The notes under the pieces were generated by a model. That model ran no database searches. It saw only the letters and a list, made by a program, of their open reading frames with translations, and was not told the DNA's origin. 64,000 bases of DNA. Origin: Sedimentisphaerales bacterium (GTDB taxonomy: Bacteria; Planctomycetota; Phycisphaerae; Sedimentisphaerales; Anaerobacaceae). Shown piece after piece: positions 45,345-55,721 of this stretch (position 1 is the stretch's first letter; each line of letters begins with the position of its first letter). The position numbers were made by a program, and so were the translations under genes. The stretch covers positions 1,536,001-1,600,000 of the forward strand of contig OY970194.1 in the NCBI GenBank assembly GCA_963708075.1, read 5' to 3'.

Positions 45345-46286
45345 ATGTCAAATGCAGCAGTATTCTTCGATCGGGACGGGACGCTGATTCGCGATCCGGG
45401 CTACATCAGCCATCCCGACCAGGTGGAGCTGCTGGACGGCGCGGCCGAGGCCGTCAAGGAGATGCAGCTCCTGGGCTATAAGACGGTGGTCGTCTCCAAC
45501 CAGCCTGGTGTCGCCAAGGGAATCCTCACCGAAGAGACGCTCGAACAGATTCACCAGCGGCTGCGGGAGCTGATCGCTCATCACGGTGCATCGCTCGACG
45601 CCATCTACTACTGCCCCTTTCACCCGGACGGGGCGGTGCCAAAGTATCGCAAAGACAGCGATTGGCGCAAACCCAAGCCCGGCATGCTGCTGGCGGCAGC
45701 CGGCGAGATCGATATCGATCTGACGAGGTCCTGGGTCGTCGGGGACAGTCTCCGCGATACGGAGGCCGGCCGAAGCGCCGGGTGCAGGACGATTCTCATC
45801 AGCTCGGGCCACACGAGCCCCGAGACTACGGATAAGAACAGGCCGGACCATGTTGCTGTGAATGTGAGGGAAGCTGTGAATATCATCAAGAGGTACCACC
45901 GGTCCGGGCAGGATGCCCGCATCGTGCCTGTCTTCACCGAAAGAAATAATGCGGCGCCCGTCGCGGACTCGCCCGAGGGTGACGTGCAGCAGCAGGACGA
46001 AGCGATGAATCAACTGCCTGCCACGGAGCCAGCCGTGGAGGAAGTGCTGGCGGGCATTCTGGAGCAGCTCAAGCGGATGCAAAAGGCCGACATATTCAAC
46101 GAATTCTCGCTGATGAGGCTGCTGGCGGGCATCGTGCAAGTCTTCGTTCCGTTCTGCCTGCTCCTGGCCCTGTGGCTGCTGACGAGCTCAAACCAGGCGG
46201 GCACCAATGTCCTCGTGGCGCTGGGCTTTGGCGTCGTCCTGCAATTGATGGCTCTGACGTTCTACATCATGAATTGGCGCCGATGA
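45345..46286 (+). CDS. gmhB: Heptose 1,7-bisphosphate phosphatase with C-terminal two-TM extension
   Basis: FFDRDGTL, SNQ, CPFHP, RKPKPGM and VGDS motifs. Confidence 0.9.
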   Translation: MSNAAVFFDRDGTLIRDPGYISHPDQVELLDGAAEAVKEMQLLGYKTVVVSNQPGVAKGILTEETLEQIHQRLRELIAHHGASLDAIYYCPFHPDGAVPKYRKDSDWRKPKPGMLLAAAGEIDIDLTRSWVVGDSLRDTEAGRSAGCRTILISSGHTSPETTDKNRPDHVAVNVREAVNIIKRYHRSGQDARIVPVFTERNNAAPVADSPEGDVQQQDEAMNQLPATEPAVEEVLAGILEQLKRMQKADIFNEFSLMRLLAGIVQVFVPFCLLLALWLLTSSNQAGTNVLVALGFGVVLQLMALTFYIMNWRR

Positions 46287-46332
46287 CACGTGCAGCTTGC
46301 CGAGTCCGCCGTGATGGCGGAGATTGCGGGTG

Positions 46333-47382
46333 ATGGCACCGAAGCTTACAGAGATTGAGACACTGGCCATTCGCTGCCCGAACTGGGTGGGCGACATCGT
46401 CATGGCTACGCCCGTGTTCGATTGCCTGCGCACCAATCTGCCACACACGAGAATCATCGGCGTGCTCAAGCGAAGCGCTCGCGGGATCGTGAACGACGGC
46501 CCGTGGTTTGACGGGCTTGTCGACGGTAACGATAAATCGTGGGCTGATTTTCGCCGCATGCGGGAGCAACTTCGGACATGGTCACCGGACGCCGCTATCC
46601 TGCTGACCAACTCGATGCGGTCCGCGCTGACGATCCGACTGAGCGGTGTCCGCCGATTGTATGGCTACCGCCGCCAGTGGCGGGACGTGCTTCTGGCGGG
46701 CGGCCCGACGCCCATGCGTAATGGCCAGGGGGTTGTCCGACGCCCCATGATCGAGTATTATCTGGAGATCTGCCGCTGGCTCGGGCTTGATGTCCCGGAG
46801 CACCCGAGGCCCACGCTGTATATCGGGCAGGAGCTGCGCCGGCGGGCAGAGGCGATGCTGCAAAAGTACGGCATCGCAGAAACCGATTTCCTCGTGGGCA
46901 TGAATCCCGGGGCGAGCTTCGGATCGTCCAAGTGCTGGCCCGCGGAGTACTTCGCCGAGTTGGCCGGCCTGTGCCGGAGAAACCTGAGGGCAAAGGTGAT
47001 CCTGTTTGGTGGTCCGGGTGAGGAGGAGATCCTCCGGGCCATTCGGAACCGGGCGCAAGCCGATGTTATCGACATGCGGCCGGACGAGATCGATCTTGAG
47101 ATGCTCAAGCCGATGGTAAAACGATGCAACCTGTTCATTACGAACGACACGGGCCCGCGCCATTACGCGGTCGCGTTCGACGTCCCGGCCGTCGTGATCA
47201 TGGGACCGACGGACCCGCGGTACACGAACGCGAACCTGGAGCGCACCATCGTCGTGCGGAAGGAATTGGATTGCTCGCCCTGCCACAAGAAGGTCTGTCC
47301 CCGGGGACACGAGTGTATGAGAGAAATCCGGCCCGCCGAGGTCTTCACGGCGGCGGAGCGATTGTTGAATGCGTGCAGATGA
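46333..47382 (+). CDS. waaF: Lipopolysaccharide heptosyltransferase II (GT9)
   Basis: PNWVGDIVMATP, PGASFGSSKCWP, NDTGPRH and CSPC...CP...HECM motifs. Confidence 0.9.
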   Translation: MAPKLTEIETLAIRCPNWVGDIVMATPVFDCLRTNLPHTRIIGVLKRSARGIVNDGPWFDGLVDGNDKSWADFRRMREQLRTWSPDAAILLTNSMRSALTIRLSGVRRLYGYRRQWRDVLLAGGPTPMRNGQGVVRRPMIEYYLEICRWLGLDVPEHPRPTLYIGQELRRRAEAMLQKYGIAETDFLVGMNPGASFGSSKCWPAEYFAELAGLCRRNLRAKVILFGGPGEEEILRAIRNRAQADVIDMRPDEIDLEMLKPMVKRCNLFITNDTGPRHYAVAFDVPAVVIMGPTDPRYTNANLERTIVVRKELDCSPCHKKVCPRGHECMREIRPAEVFTAAERLLNACR

Positions 47383-47383
47383 C

Positions 47384-48958
47384 ATGGACCCTGCGATCTA
47401 CAGAAAAAAGTGGCTGAAGCTTCGGGAAAGCCGGACGGATGCGGAAGAGCTGCATCCATTGGCCCGGCAGATCGCCTTCTCCTTTATCGACAAGTATTTT
47501 CAGAGCGGCATGTACATCGGCGGGTATATCGACCTGCTCTGCGAGATGGCCACAGTCTACTCGGCGGGCGATCTGGGCAACATCGCATCGAGCGCCCTGT
47601 TCGAGATCATCGTGGAGAAGCTCTGCGACGATTTCGAAGAGCTGCCCATCGAGGTGTACAGCCGGGTCATGTGCCAGGTGATTTCGCATTGCCGGAAGGT
47701 CCCCGCAGGGAAGAGCCTCGACCGCCAGTTGACCGACTTTGGCATCACTTCTTTCGACCAGTTGTACAGGCGCGCGATCGACACTCACGCGCGGCAGTAC
47801 CGCTACGACAGCGGCAAGGCCCCGCGAAAGGTCATCCTGCTGTCCAGGGTGACCCTCGGGGCGGATGTCGCCATCCTGAGCGTAATGATTCAGCATCTGC
47901 GGCGGCTGTTTCCGAAAGCCGAAATCGTCATCGTCGGCAGCCGGAAACTCTGCGGCCTCTTCGGCGGCAACGCCGACCTGCGCATCCGGGAGCTGGCGTA
48001 CGCCCGCCGTGGAGGGCTCTTCGAGCGATTCGGCAGTTGGCATGCGACCCTGGAGGCTTTGCAGGATGAAGCGGCTGACGGCGGCGAGAAGGACATCCTC
48101 GTGATTGATCCGGATTCGCGAATCTCGCAGCTTGGCGTCCTGCCGATGATGCATGTCGGTCGCTACTTGTTCCTCAATACGCGGCACCACATGCTGTCCT
48201 CCACCGGCCGGTGCATGGCCGAATGGACCAATGACTGGATGAACGCAGTATTCGGGACGGATCACTTTTGCTATCCGACGGTGTGGGTGCCGGATGCGTT
48301 CATGAGCGAGGCCGGGAGGAGGATCGATTCGCTGCGGGCGGCCGGCGCTCGCTGGATCATCGCCATGAACCTGGGCGTGGGCCAGAATCCGAGGAAACGC
48401 GTCGGCCTGGAATTTGAGAAGCGGCTGCTGCGCACGCTCGTCGCCGTGCCCGGCACCGTGGTCATTCTCGACACCGGCTTTGGCGCCGACGAGGTCGAGC
48501 GAGCCGCCCTGCTTGCCGCCGATGCCCGCGAGTGCGGATTTGCCGCCAGTGAAACGACGTTCGCTGCCATGGACTCCATCGCACTATCCCACGGGGTGAT
48601 TACCGTAGGGTGCGGCATCGGCCAGATGGCGGCACTGATCGCGCACAGCGACGAGTACATTGGCTATGACTCGGCGTGTCAGCATATCGCCGCGGCCTCA
48701 CGGACGCCGACACTGACGATATTCGCCGGCAGCAACAATGAGAATTTCGTCCGCCGCTGGAGCGCGTGCGGGGACACCGACTGCCGGATCGTACACGTGG
48801 ACACGCTGGCCCACCCCGGGCATATCGCCGTGGATGAGGTCATTGCACGGATCATGCAGGAACGAGCCGGCAGAGATCGCAGACCGCCCACGCGCGTTCA
48901 GGAAGTGCACACGACTCGTCATCCCGACGAGCCTGCGCGGGAACCTACACAGAAATAG
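47384..48958 (+). CDS. Divergent GT9-like glycosyltransferase with N-terminal extension
   Basis: LLSRVTLGAD (resembles the GT9 xGD loop) and YIGYDSACQHIAAA (GT9 DSxxxHxA motif). Confidence 0.6.
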   Translation: MDPAIYRKKWLKLRESRTDAEELHPLARQIAFSFIDKYFQSGMYIGGYIDLLCEMATVYSAGDLGNIASSALFEIIVEKLCDDFEELPIEVYSRVMCQVISHCRKVPAGKSLDRQLTDFGITSFDQLYRRAIDTHARQYRYDSGKAPRKVILLSRVTLGADVAILSVMIQHLRRLFPKAEIVIVGSRKLCGLFGGNADLRIRELAYARRGGLFERFGSWHATLEALQDEAADGGEKDILVIDPDSRISQLGVLPMMHVGRYLFLNTRHHMLSSTGRCMAEWTNDWMNAVFGTDHFCYPTVWVPDAFMSEAGRRIDSLRAAGARWIIAMNLGVGQNPRKRVGLEFEKRLLRTLVAVPGTVVILDTGFGADEVERAALLAADARECGFAASETTFAAMDSIALSHGVITVGCGIGQMAALIAHSDEYIGYDSACQHIAAASRTPTLTIFAGSNNENFVRRWSACGDTDCRIVHVDTLAHPGHIAVDEVIARIMQERAGRDRRPPTRVQEVHTTRHPDEPAREPTQK

Positions 48959-48977
48959 GTATCTGATCCGGACCACG

Positions 48978-50495
48978 ATGAAGGTATTCTTCATATACCC
49001 GTCAACCGATTCCCAGGTGGGCTTCAACTACGGCGTCGCTCACATGGCCGCGATCCTGAAAAGGGCCGGGCACGATGTGGCGTTCTGGCAATTGTGTGAG
49101 GAGATCGAGCCGTTGCCGACGGAGTCGCAGTTCATCGAGCGGATCGCTCGGGAGAAGCCGGATATCCTCGCGTTCTCTGTCGTGACAAACCAGTGGACAT
49201 ACACCCAGACGCTGGCCAAGTGGGCCCGGCCGCGATTCAAGGTCCCTTTCGTTCTCGGCGGCGTCCACGCGCTGGCGAACGCGGAAGAGATTCTCGGGAC
49301 CGGCCTGTTCGACTATGTCTTTCGCGGTGAATGCGAGGACGCGTTCCCACAGTTTGTAGATGCTCTGCAGCGAGGTCAGAGTGTTCAGGCCGTGCCGAAT
49401 CTCGCCTGCGTGGAAGACGGCCGGATCAGGATCAATCCCGTCGGCCCCCTGCCCGAGCTGACCGAATTGCCGCTGAAGGACTACGAGAGTATGGATTTTC
49501 AGCGGCTGATCGATGCCAAGAACGGCTGGGTCGGCCTCATGGCCTCGCGAGGATGTCCCTTCTCCTGCACGTACTGCTTCAATCACGTCATGGTCGAGGC
49601 GTACAAGGAGGATCTGCACTGCGGGTTCAAAGATCTCCGCTACATCCGCCGGTTCAACGTCGGCCAGATGATCGGGGAAATCGAGTATCTGCTGAAGAAT
49701 TACCGCAACATCCGCACGTTCATCTTCGACGACGACCTGTTCACGTTCGACAAGGCGTATGTCCGCGAGTTCTGCGAGGCCTATCGCAGGGTGACGACAA
49801 TCCCGTTCGTCGTCAACGCGCACGTGGGTTTCTTCGACGATGAATGCGCGGGCCTCCTGGCGGCAGCGAATTGCCGGATTGTGAAGTTCGGTGTCGAGTC
49901 GGGCAGCCCGGAGGTCCGCCGGACGATCCTCAACCGCCACATGAGCAATGAGAGCATCGTCGAGGCGATTGCCGCCGTCGAGCGGCATGGGATGCACAGC
50001 TCCGTATTCGTGATCATCGGTTTTCCTCACGAGGGCCGGGAGGACGTATTCGACACGGTCCGCTTGCTCGGACAGGCCCGGCCCGGGCGATTCCGCTGGA
50101 CGTACTTCTTCCCCTTCCCCGGCACGCGGGCGCACCAGATCAGTCTCGAAGGCGGATACATCAATACGGAGAAGATGGAGAGCCTTCACAATTTCACCGA
50201 CGAGTCGTGCCTGGAATTCGGCGAGGAGCACAACTTCCTGCTGAAGAAGATCGGCCGGATCATGCCCTGGTTCGTCAATGCATACTCCGGCCTGCCAACG
50301 GCGGACTTCTACAGAGCCAGGGCGGAAGAGGTCCTGCAGATGGACGAGACGGAGTGGCAGCATGCGGCGGCCGGTCTGCGGGAGCGGGATGCGGAATACT
50401 CGCGGCGATTTTGCTCGCAGGGCCTGTCCCACTATGCGATCAAGTACAATCGGTTCATGGGCGTGATCTCCGACTACTTCCTGAACGAGGCGTGA
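48978..50495 (+). CDS. B12-binding domain radical SAM protein
   Basis: N-terminal cobalamin-binding fold (LGGVHA, GECE), SRGCPFSCTYC, FDDDLFT and GVESGS motifs. Confidence 0.92.
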   Translation: MKVFFIYPSTDSQVGFNYGVAHMAAILKRAGHDVAFWQLCEEIEPLPTESQFIERIAREKPDILAFSVVTNQWTYTQTLAKWARPRFKVPFVLGGVHALANAEEILGTGLFDYVFRGECEDAFPQFVDALQRGQSVQAVPNLACVEDGRIRINPVGPLPELTELPLKDYESMDFQRLIDAKNGWVGLMASRGCPFSCTYCFNHVMVEAYKEDLHCGFKDLRYIRRFNVGQMIGEIEYLLKNYRNIRTFIFDDDLFTFDKAYVREFCEAYRRVTTIPFVVNAHVGFFDDECAGLLAAANCRIVKFGVESGSPEVRRTILNRHMSNESIVEAIAAVERHGMHSSVFVIIGFPHEGREDVFDTVRLLGQARPGRFRWTYFFPFPGTRAHQISLEGGYINTEKMESLHNFTDESCLEFGEEHNFLLKKIGRIMPWFVNAYSGLPTADFYRARAEEVLQMDETEWQHAAAGLRERDAEYSRRFCSQGLSHYAIKYNRFMGVISDYFLNEA

Positions 50496-50509
50496 CAACG
50501 GTTCAGGAC

Positions 50510-51439
50510 ATGAGGCCTGGAATGGCATTGGCAACACCTTCGAAACCGAGCCCGACGATCCGATGCGACCTCGCAGGGGCATCGCCGTCCTTCCTCGTTT
50601 CCGAGCCCTTCCGGAAGCCGCTCGCCGCACTCGGGCTGACCTCCCTCGATGCGGTCTTCCGCTTCGACGGAGCCCGCGACCTGGCTAAGCCCAACATCGG
50701 GCGATTTCGCCGAAGGCTCCAATTCGAGGTTGTGCCCGTCGGCTCGGACAGTCCGGTGAAAGTGTACCTCAAGCGATACAGCCGGCCCCCGCTTCTCGGG
50801 CAAGTGCGCAACTGGCTTTCCCACCACCGGCGAAGGAGCTTTGCCCGAATGGAGCACGAGGCCGCCGACCGCCTGGCGGCCGCCGGAATCAACACGCCGC
50901 GCACCATCGCCTGTGGGGAGCAGTGGCAGACCCTCTTCGAACATAGAAGCTTCCTGATGACAGAAGAGGTCAGGGATTCCCGGTCGCTCGAATCACAACT
51001 GCCGCCATGCTTTCAAGGTCCGCTGACTATCGAGAAGCGACACGCTCGCCGCGATTTCATCCGCCGGCTCGCCTCGTTCATCAGGCGATTCCACGAGACA
51101 GGCTATCGCCACCGCGACCTTTACCTGTCACATATTTTCTGTTCGAGTGAGGGTGAATTCTGCCTGATCGACCTGGCGAGGGCGTCGCGGCCCTTCCTGC
51201 GGCAACGCTTCCGGATAAAGGATATTGCACAGCTTCACTACTCGTCGCCCGCGGAATCCGTCACGCGGGCCGACAGGCTGCGATTCTATCTCGTGTACAC
51301 GGGCCGTCGCAGACTCCTGCCGCAAGATAAGGCGTTCATCCGCAAAGTCATCCGGAAGGCACACCGAATGGCACGTCACAACCGCAAACGAGGCAATCCC
51401 ATCCCATTCCTTGGACATGCCACGGGCGAGAGACAATGA
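50510..51439 (+). CDS. Lipopolysaccharide kinase (WaaP/Kdo kinase/InaA family)
   Basis: YLKRY, HRDLYLSHI and LIDL motifs; LPS context. Confidence 0.88.
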   Translation: MRPGMALATPSKPSPTIRCDLAGASPSFLVSEPFRKPLAALGLTSLDAVFRFDGARDLAKPNIGRFRRRLQFEVVPVGSDSPVKVYLKRYSRPPLLGQVRNWLSHHRRRSFARMEHEAADRLAAAGINTPRTIACGEQWQTLFEHRSFLMTEEVRDSRSLESQLPPCFQGPLTIEKRHARRDFIRRLASFIRRFHETGYRHRDLYLSHIFCSSEGEFCLIDLARASRPFLRQRFRIKDIAQLHYSSPAESVTRADRLRFYLVYTGRRRLLPQDKAFIRKVIRKAHRMARHNRKRGNPIPFLGHATGERQ

Positions 51440-52623
51440 TCAAGAAAGTTGCCATCATCATCGAACGTGCCGACGTCTCCCTGGGAGGAGCCGAGCGGTC
51501 CATGTTCGAGGTGGCAAACGCCCTTTCGTCGATGGGGTTACAGGTCGATCTTCTCGCGGCCAAGGGGCAGGCGACAGCCCCGAACGTTCACATCCTATGC
51601 TCCGACGTTCCGGAAGAGCGAGTGAGTCTGCTCGTTTTCGCCGAGGCATTGGGGCGACACATTCCCCCGGCCGGCTACGACATCGTTCACAGCGTTTTGC
51701 CTTTCGCCGGCGTGGATCTGTACCAACCGCGAGGCGGCACGTATGCCGAGTCGGCCTTGCGCAACGCGGCCAGCTACCCGAACCCTCTTGTCCGCCGCTG
51801 GAAGCGAATGACAGCCTTCGCCAACCGCCGACGGGCGAAGCTGCTGCGTGCCGAGTACCGATGCTGTCACGGCGCAAAGGGGCCGATGATCTCTGCCCTA
51901 TCGAGCTACGTGGTCGAGCAGCTCCAGCAGCACTACGCCACAGACCCCGGGCGAATCGTCCGGATGCTCAATGGCGTCGATACCGACCGGCCCATCGACA
52001 CAAGCATCATGAAGGACTTTCGTTCGCAGGTCCTCGCCCGATTGGGCATCCAGGGGGCACAGGAGCCGGTGCTGTTCCTGTTTGCGGCCAACAACTTCCG
52101 TCTCAAGGGCCTGTACCCGCTGATTCAGGCGATGCAGGTCGCCGGCAAGGCAGGGACGGAGCGTCCCGCTTGCCTGCTCGTGGCAGGGACGGGCAGAAGC
52201 GACAGATACCGCAGGCTCGCAAGACGCGTGGGCGTTGAAGATCGCATCCTGTTCCTGGGCTCGGTCCAGGACATTGGCAGTGTCCTGCCGGCAATCGACG
52301 TGGGAGTCCTGCCCACGTTCTACGATCCTTCCAGCCGGTTCATCCTGGAGGCTTTGGCTGCCGGCAAACCGGTCGTCACCACGCGGTTCAACGGCGCCAC
52401 TGACCATTTTACCGATGGCCGGCACGGCAAGGTGATCGACTCACCCGACAATATCGCGGCCCTGGCGGGCGCCATCCGCCATTATACAGGCACGGCCAAT
52501 ATCGAGAGGGCCTCCCAGGCGATTGCGGACGACAACCTGAGGGCGAATATCTCCGTCCGTCGCGTCGCCCGGGACCTGCTTGGCCTGTATGAGTCCATCC
52601 TCACGCGCAAGGAACGTGCGTGA
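51436..52623 (+). CDS. GT4 glycosyltransferase (WaaG-like)
   Basis: GGAER, NFRLKGL and LPTFYDPSSRFILEALAAGKPV motifs. Confidence 0.9.
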   Translation: MIKKVAIIIERADVSLGGAERSMFEVANALSSMGLQVDLLAAKGQATAPNVHILCSDVPEERVSLLVFAEALGRHIPPAGYDIVHSVLPFAGVDLYQPRGGTYAESALRNAASYPNPLVRRWKRMTAFANRRRAKLLRAEYRCCHGAKGPMISALSSYVVEQLQQHYATDPGRIVRMLNGVDTDRPIDTSIMKDFRSQVLARLGIQGAQEPVLFLFAANNFRLKGLYPLIQAMQVAGKAGTERPACLLVAGTGRSDRYRRLARRVGVEDRILFLGSVQDIGSVLPAIDVGVLPTFYDPSSRFILEALAAGKPVVTTRFNGATDHFTDGRHGKVIDSPDNIAALAGAIRHYTGTANIERASQAIADDNLRANISVRRVARDLLGLYESILTRKERA

Positions 52624-52663
52624 TATCTGCCACCTGACCTGCAGGACCAACCTCAGGAATCGC

Positions 52664-53539
52664 TCACCTGTCCAGAGCGTCGTCGGTCGCCAGACTCCTG
52701 GCGAGAGGCGAGTTGAACAACCGACGCAGTCTTCGTTCTGATTTCTGCTGGGCACGCCGGTGGTTCAGCCGGCGCTGCTCGGGGTGCAGGGCGGCCGTCG
52801 CGTGGGCGAGATGCACCACGTATTGCATCATCTCCGCCGTCGGGATCACCTCGGCTCGGTATCCGTGCTCCTTGAGTTGATAGTACATCTGCTCGCCGGT
52901 GGTGTAGCCGGCCCAGCGATCGACACCATTGAACCGCAGGCCGGACTCCCGTATCGGGGCCGACCGATACATCGCACAATAGTCACGGGGGCAGAGCTCC
53001 CGCTTCAATTGCCGAACCTTTTGATCACCAAGGAAGATGCGCCGGAGCCAGAGCTTTGCCTTCTTTATATCCGTGATCCTCTTGGTGCACTTCAGGATAG
53101 GGTTTCGCAACTCCAGCTTCCAAGCCCCGGATGCCGCACACTGGGGATCGGCCTCCAAAGGGGCCATGAGCCGCTCCAGCCAGTTGGGGTGTTTGACAAT
53201 GGTGTCGGTATGCATGGTCACGAAGTACTCTGTGCGGCTGGCGGCAAAGCCGATATCGAGCGCCGTGATGAACGCCAGCACCCAGTTCTCCGGCACATCG
53301 GTTCCCCGTTCGATCAGCCGAATCCAGGGCAGGCTCCTTAGATAACTCAGCGATTCATCCTTGGAACCGTTATCTACGACGATCACCTCATGGGGAACGT
53401 TCCGCGTATGCCTGCGTATTGCACGCAGACAGAGCATCGCCAGTTCCTTCACCTGCCACTGCGGGATACAGATCGTGACTCGTGGTTTCTGCTCCACGTC
53501 CATTGGCGTACTCCGTGTTCGTCCTTTCAAAAGTGACAT
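52664..53539 (-). CDS. GT2-family glycosyltransferase
   Basis: VIVVDNGSKD and MHTD motifs. Confidence 0.82.
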   Translation of the reverse strand: MSLLKGRTRSTPMDVEQKPRVTICIPQWQVKELAMLCLRAIRRHTRNVPHEVIVVDNGSKDESLSYLRSLPWIRLIERGTDVPENWVLAFITALDIGFAASRTEYFVTMHTDTIVKHPNWLERLMAPLEADPQCAASGAWKLELRNPILKCTKRITDIKKAKLWLRRIFLGDQKVRQLKRELCPRDYCAMYRSAPIRESGLRFNGVDRWAGYTTGEQMYYQLKEHGYRAEVIPTAEMMQYVVHLAHATAALHPEQRRLNHRRAQQKSERRLRRLFNSPLARSLATDDALDR

Positions 53540-53623
53540 TCTACGGCCCTTCATCGCTCCTTGCCAGCGATCAGTTTTTTCTTGCCGCAGGCAGCGCAGA
53601 GATTAGAATCTCGCATACCACAC

Positions 53624-54568
53624 ATGGCAATGATCAGCAATATCGTGTTCACAAAGAACCGGCCGTTGCAGTTGGACGGCTACCTGCGAAGTCTCTACAG
53701 GCATTTCCCGTCGGAGCTGATTCAGACGCATATCGTCTATAAGGCGGACCGATTCGAGAGCGAATACGATCGGCTTTTCCGCAAGTTCCCGGATTGTCTT
53801 GTGACGAGGGAGAGCGACTTTCACAGGGATATCATGGGCATCCTGGACCGCGTAGAATCCAGGTATGTCCTGTTCGGCGTCGATGACACGGTGTTCTTTC
53901 GTTCCGTGAGGTTCGAGGTGATCGAAGAGACGTTCTCCCGTCACCACGAAGACGTCTTCGGCTTCACGCTCCGGTTCAGTCCCGACTCTCTGGCAGGCGC
54001 TGGCGATGAGATTACCGAGCTTTCCGTGGCAGGCGAAACGATCTACCGGGTCAACTGGAAACGTGGCCGCACACCGCATACGCGGTACCCCTTCGAGCTC
54101 GGCTGCACCTTCTACAGGACTGAGCTGGTGAGGAAGATTCTGCGAGGCTCCATGAGTGACAGCCGCCTGGCGGCCAAGCTGTTCATGCCTTCCTCTCCGC
54201 TGATGCAGGTGTTGGGGCCGCTGGGCCTGAGGCGTTCGACCCTGAAGCGTTTCGGTTACTTCTTTAGCCCAAACACACTGGAATCGTGGCCGTGCCGCTG
54301 GTGCCGCGAGCATGAAGACCTGCTCCCGGATTTCACATATTTCCAAGGGATGTGTGCGGCGGCGATCCAGGTGAACATGGTCAATACCTCTACGGAGAAC
54401 AAGCACTACGGCACGGAGGAACACACCGTGGAGGCCCTCAATGAGAAGTACAAGCAGGGATATGTCCTGGACATCGAATACGTTGCCGCGGAGAAGCCGG
54501 CTGAGCCGAGTTGCGGCCGCGAGTTCTTCAGACTGACAAGCGAGCCATGTCAGGGAGAACAGCGGTGA
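53624..54568 (+). CDS. Hypothetical protein, GT-A-like
   Basis: FTKNRPLQLD and FGVDDTVF motifs; glycan locus context. Confidence 0.65.
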   Translation: MAMISNIVFTKNRPLQLDGYLRSLYRHFPSELIQTHIVYKADRFESEYDRLFRKFPDCLVTRESDFHRDIMGILDRVESRYVLFGVDDTVFFRSVRFEVIEETFSRHHEDVFGFTLRFSPDSLAGAGDEITELSVAGETIYRVNWKRGRTPHTRYPFELGCTFYRTELVRKILRGSMSDSRLAAKLFMPSSPLMQVLGPLGLRRSTLKRFGYFFSPNTLESWPCRWCREHEDLLPDFTYFQGMCAAAIQVNMVNTSTENKHYGTEEHTVEALNEKYKQGYVLDIEYVAAEKPAEPSCGREFFRLTSEPCQGEQR

Positions 54569-55611
54569 TGCCAGCCATGCAAACGGCGAAAGAATCTGAG
54601 GTTCGCACCGGCAGAATGAGAAGACTTGTAGATACGATTCTGGGCCGGCGATATGAAATACTGGAAAGAATTGCCAAGGAATTCGACAGTGGGGATTTGT
54701 GCCCCGATATCGTGTATTTGGGAGACTCGACCGTACTGAGAATAGCAGATGAAGACCGAGACAGAAGATCGACCGCTGAAATGCTGGCGGCAGATCTCTC
54801 GGGAAAAGCACGGGTTTTGGAATTGTCTCATGGTGCATATCATATGGGGATCTATTACCATATGGTAAGCACGTTCAGAATCACTCGGAAACGGCCGCGC
54901 CTGGTGGTGATTCCTATCAACATGCGAAGTTTCTCGCCGCAGTGGTACTTGCGGCCAAGCTGGGAATTCAAGGCGGAGATCCGATTGCTCAATAAGTACT
55001 ATTCGGGCAACGGTCTTCGGATTCGCTACAGAAAAGCAGAAACAAAAGGGGGATACGAGCAGATTCCTGTGGAGTACCCCATGACCGGTCTGCGGACTAT
55101 TGGGGAATTTGAGAAGCTGAGACTGAGCAAACCTGATTCATCGACTCAGCAGGAAGAACGGCGAAGAGAGCTGTTTGTGTACTTCTTTTTGTGGCCTATT
55201 TCAGAAGGACATCCGCTTCTCGTGAAACTGAGGGAGACGGTGGAGCTGGCGCGAATGCTCCGTCTTAAGGTAGTGTTCTATATAACGCCGATCAACATGG
55301 GAGCGGCGTTAAGGAGTGTTGGGCGGGAATTTGAACACTACTTCTCACGGAACCTGCAAGTGGTGAAGGATGCCCTCACAGCGGAAAAGTGCCTTTTCGT
55401 AACGAACGGCTCTCCGGAGGGAAATGATCCCTGTGACAATTCGATCGCCTGCATGGATCTTTCACAATCGCTTGGAAGCGAGTGTTTCTTTCACACTGGG
55501 TCGATTGACGAGCACCTGAACGAAAAAGGCAGAAGGTTCGTCTCGAAGGGGATAGAGACCGTCGTTCTCAGGTTACTTGGAGGAGTTGACTCCGCCGGGC
55601 AGCGGGACTAG
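54568..55611 (+). CDS. SGNH-like (DltD-like) protein
   Basis: YLGDST and DEHLNEKG motifs; visibly lower GC. Confidence 0.6.
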   Translation: MPAMQTAKESEVRTGRMRRLVDTILGRRYEILERIAKEFDSGDLCPDIVYLGDSTVLRIADEDRDRRSTAEMLAADLSGKARVLELSHGAYHMGIYYHMVSTFRITRKRPRLVVIPINMRSFSPQWYLRPSWEFKAEIRLLNKYYSGNGLRIRYRKAETKGGYEQIPVEYPMTGLRTIGEFEKLRLSKPDSSTQQEERRRELFVYFFLWPISEGHPLLVKLRETVELARMLRLKVVFYITPINMGAALRSVGREFEHYFSRNLQVVKDALTAEKCLFVTNGSPEGNDPCDNSIACMDLSQSLGSECFFHTGSIDEHLNEKGRRFVSKGIETVVLRLLGGVDSAGQRD

Positions 55612-55721
55612 GATGCCAGTCTGGCCCAATTGGGAGGTCACGGCCCCATTCTTACGGTGATAGCAAGGGGGCTTTCCGCAGGAGCAGGTGCAAGGACAAT
55701 AGAAGAACCGGGATTCATTCA

